A DNA stretch of 64,000 nucleotides, taken from contig QCNQ01000004.1 of the NCBI GenBank assembly GCA_003213155.1, forward strand, positions 638 through 64,637. The letters are read 5' to 3'. Source of the DNA: Pelagibacteraceae bacterium AG-426-G02. GTDB lineage: Bacteria; Pseudomonadota; Alphaproteobacteria; Pelagibacterales; Pelagibacteraceae. The position numbers and the translations under genes were made by a program. Each line of letters starts with the position of its first letter. Position 1 is the first letter of the stretch. The notes beneath the pieces are model-generated. The model saw only the letters and a list, made by a program, of their open reading frames with translations. It did no database searches and was not told where the DNA came from. Positions 9,135 to 18,350 of this stretch are shown piece after piece.

Positions 9135-11186
9135 TTATTTCTTCTTTATCAGCTCAGTATTATTAATGTTTATTGCCATACAAGTGATGTCATCTCTTAA
9201 CTTTTCTGCACCCCAGTTAAGCTCTTTTTCGATAGCTTCGACGATGGACTTTGGTGTGACCTGTGACATTTCGTTTATAATTTTTTGCACCCCTTCAGCT
9301 CCTAACTCTTCACCATTTTTCATATATCCTTCAGTTACTCCATCCGTGTAAACGACAAAAGTTTTATCTTTAAGATTAATAGTATTTGATTTCACCATCG
9401 ACTCGGTAAAATATTTAACAATACCAATGGGTGGCATGTCTGATTTGATATATTCATAATTTTTATTTTGATCAAAAGTAAGAATGCTTTCATGACCTGC
9501 ATTAATAAAAACTAGCTCGCCAGTTTTAATATTTAATTTGCCAAAAACAGCAGTAACAAACATTCCTTTAAACTTTGCTTCTACCAATTCATTATTGACA
9601 CCAAAGACAACTTTTTCTAAAGGAAATTTTAAATTAGTAAGTGTTCTAAAAATTGAGGATGCTTTTGCCATATACATTCCAGCTTTAACCCCTTTGCCAG
9701 ATACATCAGCTAAGGTGAAAAAATATTCTTCAGGTGTTGATCTGACAACGTCAAAATAATCTCCAGAAACATCTCTTGCTGGAACGTTTTTGGCAAAAAT
9801 AAAGTTTTCAAACTTTGAAATATCAGGGAATAAGCTTTTTTGAACTCCAGCAGCAAGTTCTCGTTCTTTTAAAAGTTTAGCTTCTTTTTGTAAATTAGCT
9901 AAAGCCATTTTATTTTCTTCAATAAACCTAAAATATAACCCTGTTAAAAATGTTATTGTTACAATGAAAATTGGATAACTAAAATCTACTAACTCTGATC
10001 TAAATTTATAAATTGAAAAACCAATAATGATAATTGCGAGAATATTACCAAAGAAGATTGACAAACTATATTTCGGTTTAATTTTTTGCGATAAAATAAA
10101 AGTTAATAATGCAACGATAATAGAAAATATCAATTCAAAGATATAAGTGTTTGGATTTCTTATTAAATAAGATTGATCTAAAATATTTTCAATAACATTT
10201 GCATGAACCTCTACTCCGGGAATAGTTATACCAAGTGGGGTTTTAACTAAATCGAATAAACCTTGAGCTGATGCACCAATTAAAACGTATTTATTCTCAA
10301 AAAAACTTTTTTCAAAATTACCATCATATACATCACCAGCTGAAATATATTGTTTCTTTTGTGATTTTTTATATTTAATCCAAATAATACCATTGGGATC
10401 AGACTCTACTTTATAAGGTCTAGCACTTATTCTTTGAATACCCACCTCATTTAATTCAACGTAAATGTTTTTTTGTTTTGATCCAACTCGAACCATTTCT
10501 AAGCCCATGGTTGGATATATCTTTTTATTAAACTGAACTATTAAAGGAAGGGATCTAATAATACCATCGAGTTGATCTAAAAAAGAAATGGATCCTAAAC
10601 CTTGAACATTTTTTTCTAATTTTTCTAATGAACCTATTGAATAAGGATAGGCGTAAGTGAATTCCTCTGGCTTTCCTCCTTTAGAAAGAAATCGTGCTTT
10701 TGCTTTTCGATTATAATTAGCGTGAGAAGGTACGTTACTTCCCAATACTGCAATAATTGATTTTGACTCTTTTAATTTTTCAGCGAATAAATCATCTGGA
10801 CCTTTAAGATTTTGTAATTCAGAAACATCTGATGGAATTAGATTATATGATTTGATAATTTCATCAGGAGATTGTTTATCTTTTTCAGTGAAAAATATAT
10901 CGAACCCGATTGCCTTTGGATTTGAAGTGTTTAGTTGATCTAAAATTTTTGCAAACACTGTTCTATTCCATGGAAATTGCCCAAACTTACCAAGGCTTTG
11001 TTCATCAATATCAATGATGACTACTTCACTCTCTTTTTCTTCAGCAAATATTTTTTGATACAAATCAAAACTTAAATAAGAAACTGACTTAATAAATGCT
11101 GGATTTAAAATTTTTAAAAAAATTAATAAGGTTAGTACAATTAAGAAAACAAAATAGTTTAGATTTTTTTGTACAAAAGCTTCCAC
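9135..11186 (-). CDS. CHASE2-domain PP2C/SpoIIE (RsbU-like) Ser/Thr phosphatase
   Basis: CHASE2 motifs VVIIDIDE, FPWNR, GFDIFF, DGIIR, PGVEVHA; 3 TMs; PP2C motifs VSGDYF, ADVSGKG, NAGH, TDG, DDIT. Confidence 0.9.
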   Translation of the reverse strand: MEAFVQKNLNYFVFLIVLTLLIFLKILNPAFIKSVSYLSFDLYQKIFAEEKESEVVIIDIDEQSLGKFGQFPWNRTVFAKILDQLNTSNPKAIGFDIFFTEKDKQSPDEIIKSYNLIPSDVSELQNLKGPDDLFAEKLKESKSIIAVLGSNVPSHANYNRKAKARFLSKGGKPEEFTYAYPYSIGSLEKLEKNVQGLGSISFLDQLDGIIRSLPLIVQFNKKIYPTMGLEMVRVGSKQKNIYVELNEVGIQRISARPYKVESDPNGIIWIKYKKSQKKQYISAGDVYDGNFEKSFFENKYVLIGASAQGLFDLVKTPLGITIPGVEVHANVIENILDQSYLIRNPNTYIFELIFSIIVALLTFILSQKIKPKYSLSIFFGNILAIIIIGFSIYKFRSELVDFSYPIFIVTITFLTGLYFRFIEENKMALANLQKEAKLLKERELAAGVQKSLFPDISKFENFIFAKNVPARDVSGDYFDVVRSTPEEYFFTLADVSGKGVKAGMYMAKASSIFRTLTNLKFPLEKVVFGVNNELVEAKFKGMFVTAVFGKLNIKTGELVFINAGHESILTFDQNKNYEYIKSDMPPIGIVKYFTESMVKSNTINLKDKTFVVYTDGVTEGYMKNGEELGAEGVQKIINEMSQVTPKSIVEAIEKELNWGAEKLRDDITCMAININNTELIKKK

Positions 11187-11245
11187 AAGGAGAAATTTAT
11201 ATCTAATTTAAGCAATGTAAATGAAACTTATTAAGAACTAGCTAA

Positions 11246-12484
11246 TTACTTCTTTTTTCTTCTTTTCTTCTTAGCTCTTTTCTTCTTAGCAGCTCTTTTC
11301 TTTTTAACGATCTTTCTTTTCTTCGCTACTTTTTTCTTAATCTTCTTTTTAGGTTTTTTCTTTTTGACTACTTTCTTTTTCTTCTTAACTTTTTTCTTAA
11401 CTGCTTTCTTTTTCTTTTTAGCCGGTTTTTTCTTCACTGCTTTTTTCTTTTTAGTAGCTTTTTTCTTAGTAGCTTTTTTCTTAGTAGCTTTTTTCTTTTT
11501 CGAACCTTTTTTAGTAGCTTTTTTCTTTTTCGAACCTTTTTTAGTAGCTTTTTTCTTTTTACCTTTTTTCTTATCTACTTTTTTTGCTTTTTTCTTTTTA
11601 TTCTTTTTCTTTTCTGCTTTAGCTTTTTTCTTTTTAGCTTTTTTCTTTTCAGCTCTTTCTTTTTTAATAGCTACTTTTTTCTCTTTATCTTTTTGAATAT
11701 TTTCTTTGATTATTGATTTAATTTCTTCTTTTTCAAAACCCATAGACTTAAGCTCTTTTCTTAATTGCTTTTTCATTTCTTTTCTCTTACCTTTCTTTTC
11801 TTCTGGTGAGAGCTTAGCAACTCTTAGGGCTTTCATCTTTTTGTTAAATTTCTTTAACTGGTTTTTAGTAATTTTTTTGGCTTGTCCGGGTGCTTTACCT
11901 TTCGTCATTGACGCCATGCTGTATGGATTATCAAGTAAAGTTGAACCTAAATTGTTTCCAACTAAAACTGCCCCTGGTCTCATTCCTAAAGTATTATTTT
12001 TTCCTGGGCCGATTAATAAAGTATCAGTTTTACCTTTTGATACAATTGTTTGAAATTCTGTTCCTCGTGATCCAAGTGTTCCTTCTGGCACTTCTACTGT
12101 TAAACTATCAGGATTTTTTTTACTAATTAAACCAGAGATAACTTTTAAACTTCCTTGTTTAACACTTGCAACTATTTTTCCATCATTTGTTGCAGGATCA
12201 AATATAAATGTATCCATCACAACTTCTGAGTCTTCACCGATAGTAAATGTTGATTGATCTAAAAGTAAAATTTGTGTTCCAGATCCTGCACCAGCAACAA
12301 TTGTTTCGTTTAAATAAATTTTGTCACCAGCTTTTAATTCTCTTGTTTCAGTTTTAACAGTTCCTGAAATTGCACCAACAATTCCAACTAATTGTTTTTC
12401 AATGGTTAATTTTTCCTCAGCAAAAACACTTGTGCTGATCATTAAAATTAGACCTGTTACAACTGACAAAAATTTTTTCATCAA
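11246..12484 (-). CDS. Exported FecR-domain protein with a long Lys-rich (histone H1-like) C-terminal tail
   Basis: Signal peptide; FecR-like LLDQSTFTIGEDS...GTLGSRGTEF; last ~190 aa dominated by Lys/Ala/Arg. Confidence 0.8.
   Translation of the reverse strand: MMKKFLSVVTGLILMISTSVFAEEKLTIEKQLVGIVGAISGTVKTETRELKAGDKIYLNETIVAGAGSGTQILLLDQSTFTIGEDSEVVMDTFIFDPATNDGKIVASVKQGSLKVISGLISKKNPDSLTVEVPEGTLGSRGTEFQTIVSKGKTDTLLIGPGKNNTLGMRPGAVLVGNNLGSTLLDNPYSMASMTKGKAPGQAKKITKNQLKKFNKKMKALRVAKLSPEEKKGKRKEMKKQLRKELKSMGFEKEEIKSIIKENIQKDKEKKVAIKKERAEKKKAKKKKAKAEKKKNKKKKAKKVDKKKGKKKKATKKGSKKKKATKKGSKKKKATKKKATKKKATKKKKAVKKKPAKKKKKAVKKKVKKKKKVVKKKKPKKKIKKKVAKKRKIVKKKRAAKKKRAKKKRRKKK
11451..11560. repeat. In-frame tandem repeats: 3x15 bp (ttagtagcttttttc) and 2x30 bp, encoding KKATK and KKGSKKKKAT units
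   Basis: 15-mers at 11451, 11466 and 11481; identical 30-mers at 11491-11520 and 11521-11550. Confidence 0.85.
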
Positions 12485-12579
12485 CGTAAAACTAACAAAA
12501 ATATAAAAAAAATAAACTTTAAAAGCTCAAATTGGACGTCAAAAAAATCAATTAATAAGCGATTTTCGAAAAAAATTAA

Positions 12580-13884
12580 TTAATTAAGTTTTAAACCCTT
12601 GGAAAAACTTAATGCGAAGGAATCGGCTAAATAATCATAGTTCATTATATTAGCTTCAGAGAAAGTTTTTTCATAAGACAAGTTAATAAACAACGATCTG
12701 TTTGGATCAATTATTGGAAAGATATCTCCAATAGCTTTAGTAATCATTATATCTGTTGTTGTTGCGTGATCAGATCTTAACTTTGTAGAGTCGACTGAAG
12801 TATCCGCAGCTTTGTAATCATTAAAACTAGTTGAGGCACTCCATGCAATGTATGCCCATGGAAATGCAAAATTTAAACCCAAACCAAATTCATATGTTTC
12901 GTAATCATTTCCAGCATCAACTTTTGCATCACTATCGCTGTAACCTAAACTTAGTGAGCTAGAAATTATTGGAGTTAAAATTAAATCATAACCAAAAGTA
13001 TAACCATGTCCTATTGCATTAGTTTCATCGGCTGTTGTGTCTTCTGAATTTTGATTTGCCTTAGAGTCTGAATAAGAATACCCATAACTAAAGGAATGTC
13101 TTTCTCCAACTGTAAAAAATCCTCCTACTCCTAACATCAATGAAAAACTGTCTGCATCGTGCTGTGCATCAGTTTTACTCATGATTATATAAGGACTCAA
13201 ACTTTGATTACCTAAAGTGGTATCCAAACCAATTGTTAAACCATAGCTTTGAAAATCATCATCAGCTTCTTGATATTGATTAGATGTTGTATGACCAAAA
13301 TTTAATAATAATGACGACTCTTCACCAACAGGTCTTGTTGCTGTAATACCAATCGAGGCACTTTCAGTTCTATCATGTTTTGGCGATGTAAAAGCTGCGA
13401 TTGAACCTGAATCATATTTTAATCTTGTTTTAGATACACTATTTACGTTATTAGAAAACGTTGCACCAAAACCAACATCGGCTGTAAAATTCCACAAACT
13501 TGGTTCACGATCTCTTAACTCTTCTTCAATTTCTTGTAATGTTTCTAAGTCTTCTGCTGAAAGATCTCTTCTTAATTTCATATCTTCAATAATAGTGTTA
13601 GCTTTTTCTGGAGAGTCGACTTGGACTAAAACAGATAATAAATATAATTTAATTTCAACATTGTCTGGATAAAGCATATTCAATCTTTCAAGTGTTGAGA
13701 TTGTTTGTTTAAAGTTACCAACTTTCCCTTGTTGTTGTGCGTACTTTAAATTTAAATCTAAGTTATTTGGATCTTGTAAGATTTGCATGTAAGTAATATT
13801 TTTTTCTGATGAAAAAACAGATGTCGAAATCAACAGAATTATTGATATCAAAAATAATTTAAATTTTACGAAATACAAAAACAT
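12580..13884 (-). CDS. TPR-containing outer membrane beta-barrel protein
   Basis: Signal peptide; N-terminal helical TPR-like segment (DPNNLDLNLKYA...YPDNVEIKLYL); C-terminal alternating aromatic beta strands. Confidence 0.7.
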   Translation of the reverse strand: MFLYFVKFKLFLISIILLISTSVFSSEKNITYMQILQDPNNLDLNLKYAQQQGKVGNFKQTISTLERLNMLYPDNVEIKLYLLSVLVQVDSPEKANTIIEDMKLRRDLSAEDLETLQEIEEELRDREPSLWNFTADVGFGATFSNNVNSVSKTRLKYDSGSIAAFTSPKHDRTESASIGITATRPVGEESSLLLNFGHTTSNQYQEADDDFQSYGLTIGLDTTLGNQSLSPYIIMSKTDAQHDADSFSLMLGVGGFFTVGERHSFSYGYSYSDSKANQNSEDTTADETNAIGHGYTFGYDLILTPIISSSLSLGYSDSDAKVDAGNDYETYEFGLGLNFAFPWAYIAWSASTSFNDYKAADTSVDSTKLRSDHATTTDIMITKAIGDIFPIIDPNRSLFINLSYEKTFSEANIMNYDYLADSFALSFSKGLKLN

Positions 13885-13944
13885 AAAAATGAAAAGATAT
13901 TAAGTCTATATTTTTTTTCAATTAATTAATTTTAGAAATTACTC

Positions 13945-16107
13945 TTATTTTCCAATACTTATTAAAGTTAAGTCATCAGATAATTTTTTATTTTGGCTAG
14001 ACCCTATTACAGATTGAGTAATGCTATCTAATTGCTTAATAGTATCTTTATTATAATTTTGCTCGATGATACCAATTGAACCATCAATCCCTACTTCTTC
14101 TCCTTTATCGTTTAAACTTTCTGACAATCCATCAGTAAAAGCATAAAACCTTGAACCATTTAATTTTGTTTTATGAATGTTGTAAACACTTTTATCTTTT
14201 TGTTTAATCACACCCAATGGTGGCGCTGAACTTTCAAACTGATCATATTTACCTTGTCCGTTTCTTAAAATTGCAGGTTGATGACCTGCATTCACCCACC
14301 TGATTTCATCTGTAATTAAATTATACTCGCCAACAATTGAAGTTACAAACATACCAGCAGTTTTAGTATTATTTAAATCATTGTTCATATGAAAAACCAT
14401 TTCATCAGGATCTACTTTTGATTGTGCTAAAACCTCAAACAAAGTGGATGCTTTAGCCATGACCATACCCGCATGGATTCCCTTACCAGCAACATCTGCA
14501 ATTATAAAATAAATGCTATCGTTGTGAGGATAAAAACTAAAAAAATCACCTGACACTTCTCTTGCTGCAATATTAATTCCATGGACAGGATAATTTTTTA
14601 AATTTCTTTTTGGTAAAAAGTTTTCTTGAACTTTAACTGCAAGTTTTACTTCTTTTGAAATTCTCTCACGCCACTTATTTTTTTCATCTTCACTAGTCTC
14701 AAGTTTGCTCATAAGTTTATTATAATAAAGACCAATCACGCCCCCTGCTGTAAAAGGATCTTGTGGGCCTCTGATTTTAAGATCACCAGACTCTGATTGT
14801 TTATCTAAAATAGAAATTAAATCATGCTCAATAGAGACAGCATTATGTTCTGCAATATTTAAACCTAATTCTTCTTGAACAGGACTAACTCTTAATGGAT
14901 AAAATTTGTTAAAAAGACTTAAAATTATAAATGAAGATATAAATGTAAATGCACCAATCGAAATGATACCAATTAATTGAATTTTAATTTGAGAAAATCT
15001 ATCAAGACCCGTATCTAAAATACTTAAATCACTAAATAAACCAACTGCTAATGTTCCCCAAACTCCCGCAGCCAAGTGAACTGGCACCGCTCCAACAACA
15101 TCATCAATTTCAAATTTATTTAATACTTCGTTTATGATAATTGCGATAATTGCGCCAACGATCCCAACAAAAATTGAGGTAACTGAAGTCATTGAATTAC
15201 ATCCGGCAGTAATTGCAACTAAACCTGCTAGTGGACCTAAAATGATATAAAATGGATCTGGCTTTTTGAATCTTAAATATGAAATACCTAATCCGGTTAA
15301 CAAACCAAAAGCTGCCGCTAAAAAGGTATTGATTAAAATTAATGGAACTGCTTCATCCATAGCACCATTACTTCCACCATTAAAACCAAACCAACCAAAC
15401 CACAAAATAAGTGTACCTAGCACTGCTAAAGGAAAACTTGAGCCAGTAAACTTTCCTTTATTTGCATCTGAATACTTACCAATTCTTGGGCCTAAAATAA
15501 TAACTGCTGCTAACGCAATCCATCCACCCACAGAGTGAACAATAGTGCTTCCAGCAAAATCAACAAAACCTAAATCGGATAACCAGCCAGTTGTTTTAAC
15601 GGTTCCTGTTATTGCTAAAAGTTGATCAACAGTATCATACTTTGAAAGATAACTTGAAGACCAAGCCCAGTGACCAACAATTGGATAAATAATTCCAGTC
15701 GCTAAAACTGTCATGATTAAATAACCATTAAATTTCATTCTCTCCGCCACTGCACCTGAGATAATTGTTGCCGCTGTTGCAACAAACATTGCTTGAAAGA
15801 CAAAGTAAGTCATGTACTCCGCTTTATCTGTTTTAAAGAAAAATAAATCGGTACCAAAAAATCCATTGTAGGAAGTACCAAACATCAAACCAAAACCAAA
15901 AATCCAAAAGATAACAACCGAAACCCCAAAGTCTGCAGCATTCTTTAATGCAACGTTAATGCTATTTTTGTGTCTAGATAAACCTGTTTCCATACACATA
16001 AAACCTGCTTGCATGATGAAAACTAAAATTGCGCAATCAATCACCCATAAGGTGTCGATATTACTCGTTAAAACATCTATTACTTCTTGAGCCATATCTT
16101 TATCCAT
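13945..16107 (-). CDS. Ammonium transporter (Amt) fused to a PP2C/SpoIIE phosphatase
   Basis: Amt motifs FQAMF, DFAGSTIVH, WFGWFGFNGGS, DDVVGAVPVH; HAMP-like linker; PP2C motifs VSGDFF, ADVAGKG, NAGH, TDG, DDLT. Confidence 0.92.
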   Translation of the reverse strand: MDKDMAQEVIDVLTSNIDTLWVIDCAILVFIMQAGFMCMETGLSRHKNSINVALKNAADFGVSVVIFWIFGFGLMFGTSYNGFFGTDLFFFKTDKAEYMTYFVFQAMFVATAATIISGAVAERMKFNGYLIMTVLATGIIYPIVGHWAWSSSYLSKYDTVDQLLAITGTVKTTGWLSDLGFVDFAGSTIVHSVGGWIALAAVIILGPRIGKYSDANKGKFTGSSFPLAVLGTLILWFGWFGFNGGSNGAMDEAVPLILINTFLAAAFGLLTGLGISYLRFKKPDPFYIILGPLAGLVAITAGCNSMTSVTSIFVGIVGAIIAIIINEVLNKFEIDDVVGAVPVHLAAGVWGTLAVGLFSDLSILDTGLDRFSQIKIQLIGIISIGAFTFISSFIILSLFNKFYPLRVSPVQEELGLNIAEHNAVSIEHDLISILDKQSESGDLKIRGPQDPFTAGGVIGLYYNKLMSKLETSEDEKNKWRERISKEVKLAVKVQENFLPKRNLKNYPVHGINIAAREVSGDFFSFYPHNDSIYFIIADVAGKGIHAGMVMAKASTLFEVLAQSKVDPDEMVFHMNNDLNNTKTAGMFVTSIVGEYNLITDEIRWVNAGHQPAILRNGQGKYDQFESSAPPLGVIKQKDKSVYNIHKTKLNGSRFYAFTDGLSESLNDKGEEVGIDGSIGIIEQNYNKDTIKQLDSITQSVIGSSQNKKLSDDLTLISIGK

Positions 16108-16191
16108 GATTTTAATTAACTACCAAAACAAATTCAACTAGCAATTGGTAAAGTGCTCAAAATGATTTTTTTATAATTGATCGTTATTAAA

Positions 16192-16644
16192 TTAACATCC
16201 CTCAGATGGTTGAACACCACCTCTTCTTCTAACTTCAAGAGTGCATAGAGTGGAAGCACCACCGACAAACTCTTGAGCTATTACAAGAAAATTATTTGAG
16301 TCAGTTCCTCCAATACAATATCCATAACCACCGTCCCTTGGTATTGTTCGATCACCATCAAATAAGGCTATTTCAATCTGTACAATAGTTTCCACGCCGT
16401 CATCGCTACTAGGGGACCGAGGAGCACATACTTCAGAAGAATCTGTTTTAAAGTAACTTCCTGAATTAGCATATTGTTCGGATTGAGCTAAAGCAATCTG
16501 TGCCATAAGATTTTTGGCTGCACTTGCTTTAGCGCTTTGGATATAACCTGAGTAAAGAACCATCCCAGTTGCTGAGAGAATTCCTATTATAGCTACAACC
16601 ACCAAAAGCTCAATTAAACTAAAACCTGAGCTTCTGGTGATCAT
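16192..16644 (-). CDS. Type IV pilin, PilE-like minor pilin
   Basis: G|FSLIELLVVVAIIGIL class III signal; C-terminal Cys pairs. Confidence 0.85.
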   Translation of the reverse strand: MITRSSGFSLIELLVVVAIIGILSATGMVLYSGYIQSAKASAAKNLMAQIALAQSEQYANSGSYFKTDSSEVCAPRSPSSDDGVETIVQIEIALFDGDRTIPRDGGYGYCIGGTDSNNFLVIAQEFVGGASTLCTLEVRRRGGVQPSEGC

Positions 16645-16665
16645 AAGTTTTCTTATCTAAAAATG

Positions 16666-17178
16666 TTATTCCGCAACATCAATTTCATTTGCAACTCTGT
16701 CAGCTGCGACTGCACATGCCTTTGGTCCATCGGCATCTTCTGTAGTTGCATCAAAGCAAGTTGTGACTGTTATAGTATTACTAGAAGCTACTACGTTTAC
16801 GTAACCTCTGTCTGCTTTTTGATCGTGAGAAGTATTCTCTGATCTAACAGCACCTACAGATGTTGCATACGGATTTTTGAAATCTGTAAGTGCAGAAACA
16901 GCAGCAGCAGCAATCGTGCCACCAGTTCTGTTTTCACAATCAAATTCACCAGCTGCTGTTCCAACATCTAGACCAAAAGCTTTTTTGGCACCGACGTTAC
17001 ATTTTTGATCTTCAGCAGCAATATATTTAACCACAGAAGCGTGATTTGATTTAGCTGATGATTTTTTGGCACCTTCAGTGTATCCAGTATAAGCAACAGT
17101 TCCAACTGCAGCCAAAATACCAATAATCGCAACTACGACTAGTAGTTCGATAAGCGTAAAACCTTTATTATTTCTCAT
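16666..17178 (-). CDS. pilA: Type IVa pilin, probable major pilin
   Basis: KG|FTLIELLVVVAIIGILAA; strong RBS (agagga); own upstream intergenic region. Confidence 0.85.
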   Translation of the reverse strand: MRNNKGFTLIELLVVVAIIGILAAVGTVAYTGYTEGAKKSSAKSNHASVVKYIAAEDQKCNVGAKKAFGLDVGTAAGEFDCENRTGGTIAAAAVSALTDFKNPYATSVGAVRSENTSHDQKADRGYVNVVASSNTITVTTCFDATTEDADGPKACAVAADRVANEIDVAE

Positions 17179-17327
17179 GGTTCCTCTTTGTATTAATTAA
17201 ATTAATTTAATAATATGATTTTTAAATATTTTTTTCTAATATGTAAATAAATTAAAGTAGCATTAATAAGCTTTTTTTTTGTGGAAAATAAATAATATCT
17301 GCTCATAATGAGCTAATTTAACAATTT

Positions 17328-17612
17328 ATGACATATAAAATAGAGGAAATTGATACAAAACGAATAGTTCACTTAAATGGTGAAATTGATATGGACGTTG
17401 CTGATAAAGCTAGACAGACAATATTACCTTTGATCGAAGCAGGTCACGAAGTTCATTTAAATTTAAGTAAAGTTGAATATATGGACTCCTCAGGAATTTC
17501 AGTGCTCATTGAAAGTAAAAAATTATCAGAACAAAAAAATACAAAATTTGAATTGGTTGAAGTCAGTAAACCGGTTGAAAAAGTTTTAGCAATGGCGAGG
17601 AAATTTTTATGA
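17328..17612 (+). CDS. STAS-domain anti-anti-sigma factor (SpoIIAA/RsbV-like), copy 1
   Basis: LNGEID and LNLSKVEYMDSSG with the conserved phospho-acceptor Ser. Confidence 0.9.
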   Translation: MTYKIEEIDTKRIVHLNGEIDMDVADKARQTILPLIEAGHEVHLNLSKVEYMDSSGISVLIESKKLSEQKNTKFELVEVSKPVEKVLAMARKFL

Positions 17613-17908
17613 GTTACAAAGTGACTGAAGAAGGAAATGTAGCAACAGTTCATCTTGATGGTGAAATTGATATGGACGTTACTGAAAAAGCAAAAGAAGT
17701 TATTTTCCCACATATTGATGCTGGAAAAGAAGTTCATCTAAATTTAAGTAATGTTCAATATATGGACTCGTCTGGAATTTCAGTATTAATTGAAAGTCAC
17801 CAAAAAGCTTTAGAAAAAAATACAAAAGTAATCATAAAAGAAGTAAGTAAATCTGTTTTAAAAGTCATCATGATGGCAAAATTAGAACAAATATTAAATT
17901 TGGAATAA
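17609..17908 (+). CDS. STAS-domain anti-anti-sigma factor (SpoIIAA/RsbV-like), copy 2
   Basis: LDGEID and LNLSNVQYMDSSG; ATGA overlap with copy 1. Confidence 0.9.
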   Translation: MSYKVTEEGNVATVHLDGEIDMDVTEKAKEVIFPHIDAGKEVHLNLSNVQYMDSSGISVLIESHQKALEKNTKVIIKEVSKSVLKVIMMAKLEQILNLE

Positions 17909-17914
17909 TTACTA

Positions 17915-18346
17915 ATGAGTGAATTAGCTCACACAAATCATACCGAAAAAAAAGATTTCTTAGTACGATCATCAAGTTTAAAAGATGTCAGAAGTTTTTG
18001 CAGGGAAGTTTTTGAAAAACTTCATATTGACCAAAGTTTAAAAGATGAATTAGTTTTAGCAATTGCCGAAGCAGCACAAAATATAGTTAAACATGCTTAC
18101 AAAGACTCACCTGATACAGAAGATAAAATGGTTGTACAAATAAGTTGTAAAGAAAACAAATTACAAATTGGTTTTTATGATATGGGTACACCAGTGGATC
18201 CTGGAAAAGTTAAACACAGAGAAATTGACAATGTTAAACCGGGTGGTTTAGGAACTTTTTTTATTCAACAAATAATGGATGCAGTTGAATTTAAAGATGG
18301 AAAAAAACCTTGGATCAATCACTTAGTTTTAACTAAGCAATTATAA
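17915..18346 (+). CDS. RsbW/SpoIIAB-like Ser kinase (HATPase fold)
   Basis: N box EAAQNIVKHAY, G1 box DMG, G2 box GGLG, IMD. Confidence 0.88.
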   Translation: MSELAHTNHTEKKDFLVRSSSLKDVRSFCREVFEKLHIDQSLKDELVLAIAEAAQNIVKHAYKDSPDTEDKMVVQISCKENKLQIGFYDMGTPVDPGKVKHREIDNVKPGGLGTFFIQQIMDAVEFKDGKKPWINHLVLTKQL

Positions 18347-18350
18347 ATTT

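Noticed and set aside
11364-12126. Phe-rich plus-strand ORFs (11364-11696, 11706-12053, 11890-12126)
   Set aside because: Antisense shadows of the Lys-codon-rich FecR gene
16141-16156. Sigma54- or NtrC-like site upstream of amt-PP2C (GCA-N10-TGC)
   Set aside because: Spacing fits neither consensus
17179-17327. CtrA boxes (TTAA-N7-TTAA) upstream of pilA
   Set aside because: Several TTAA half-sites, but I found no correctly spaced pair among those checked; uninformative at this AT content
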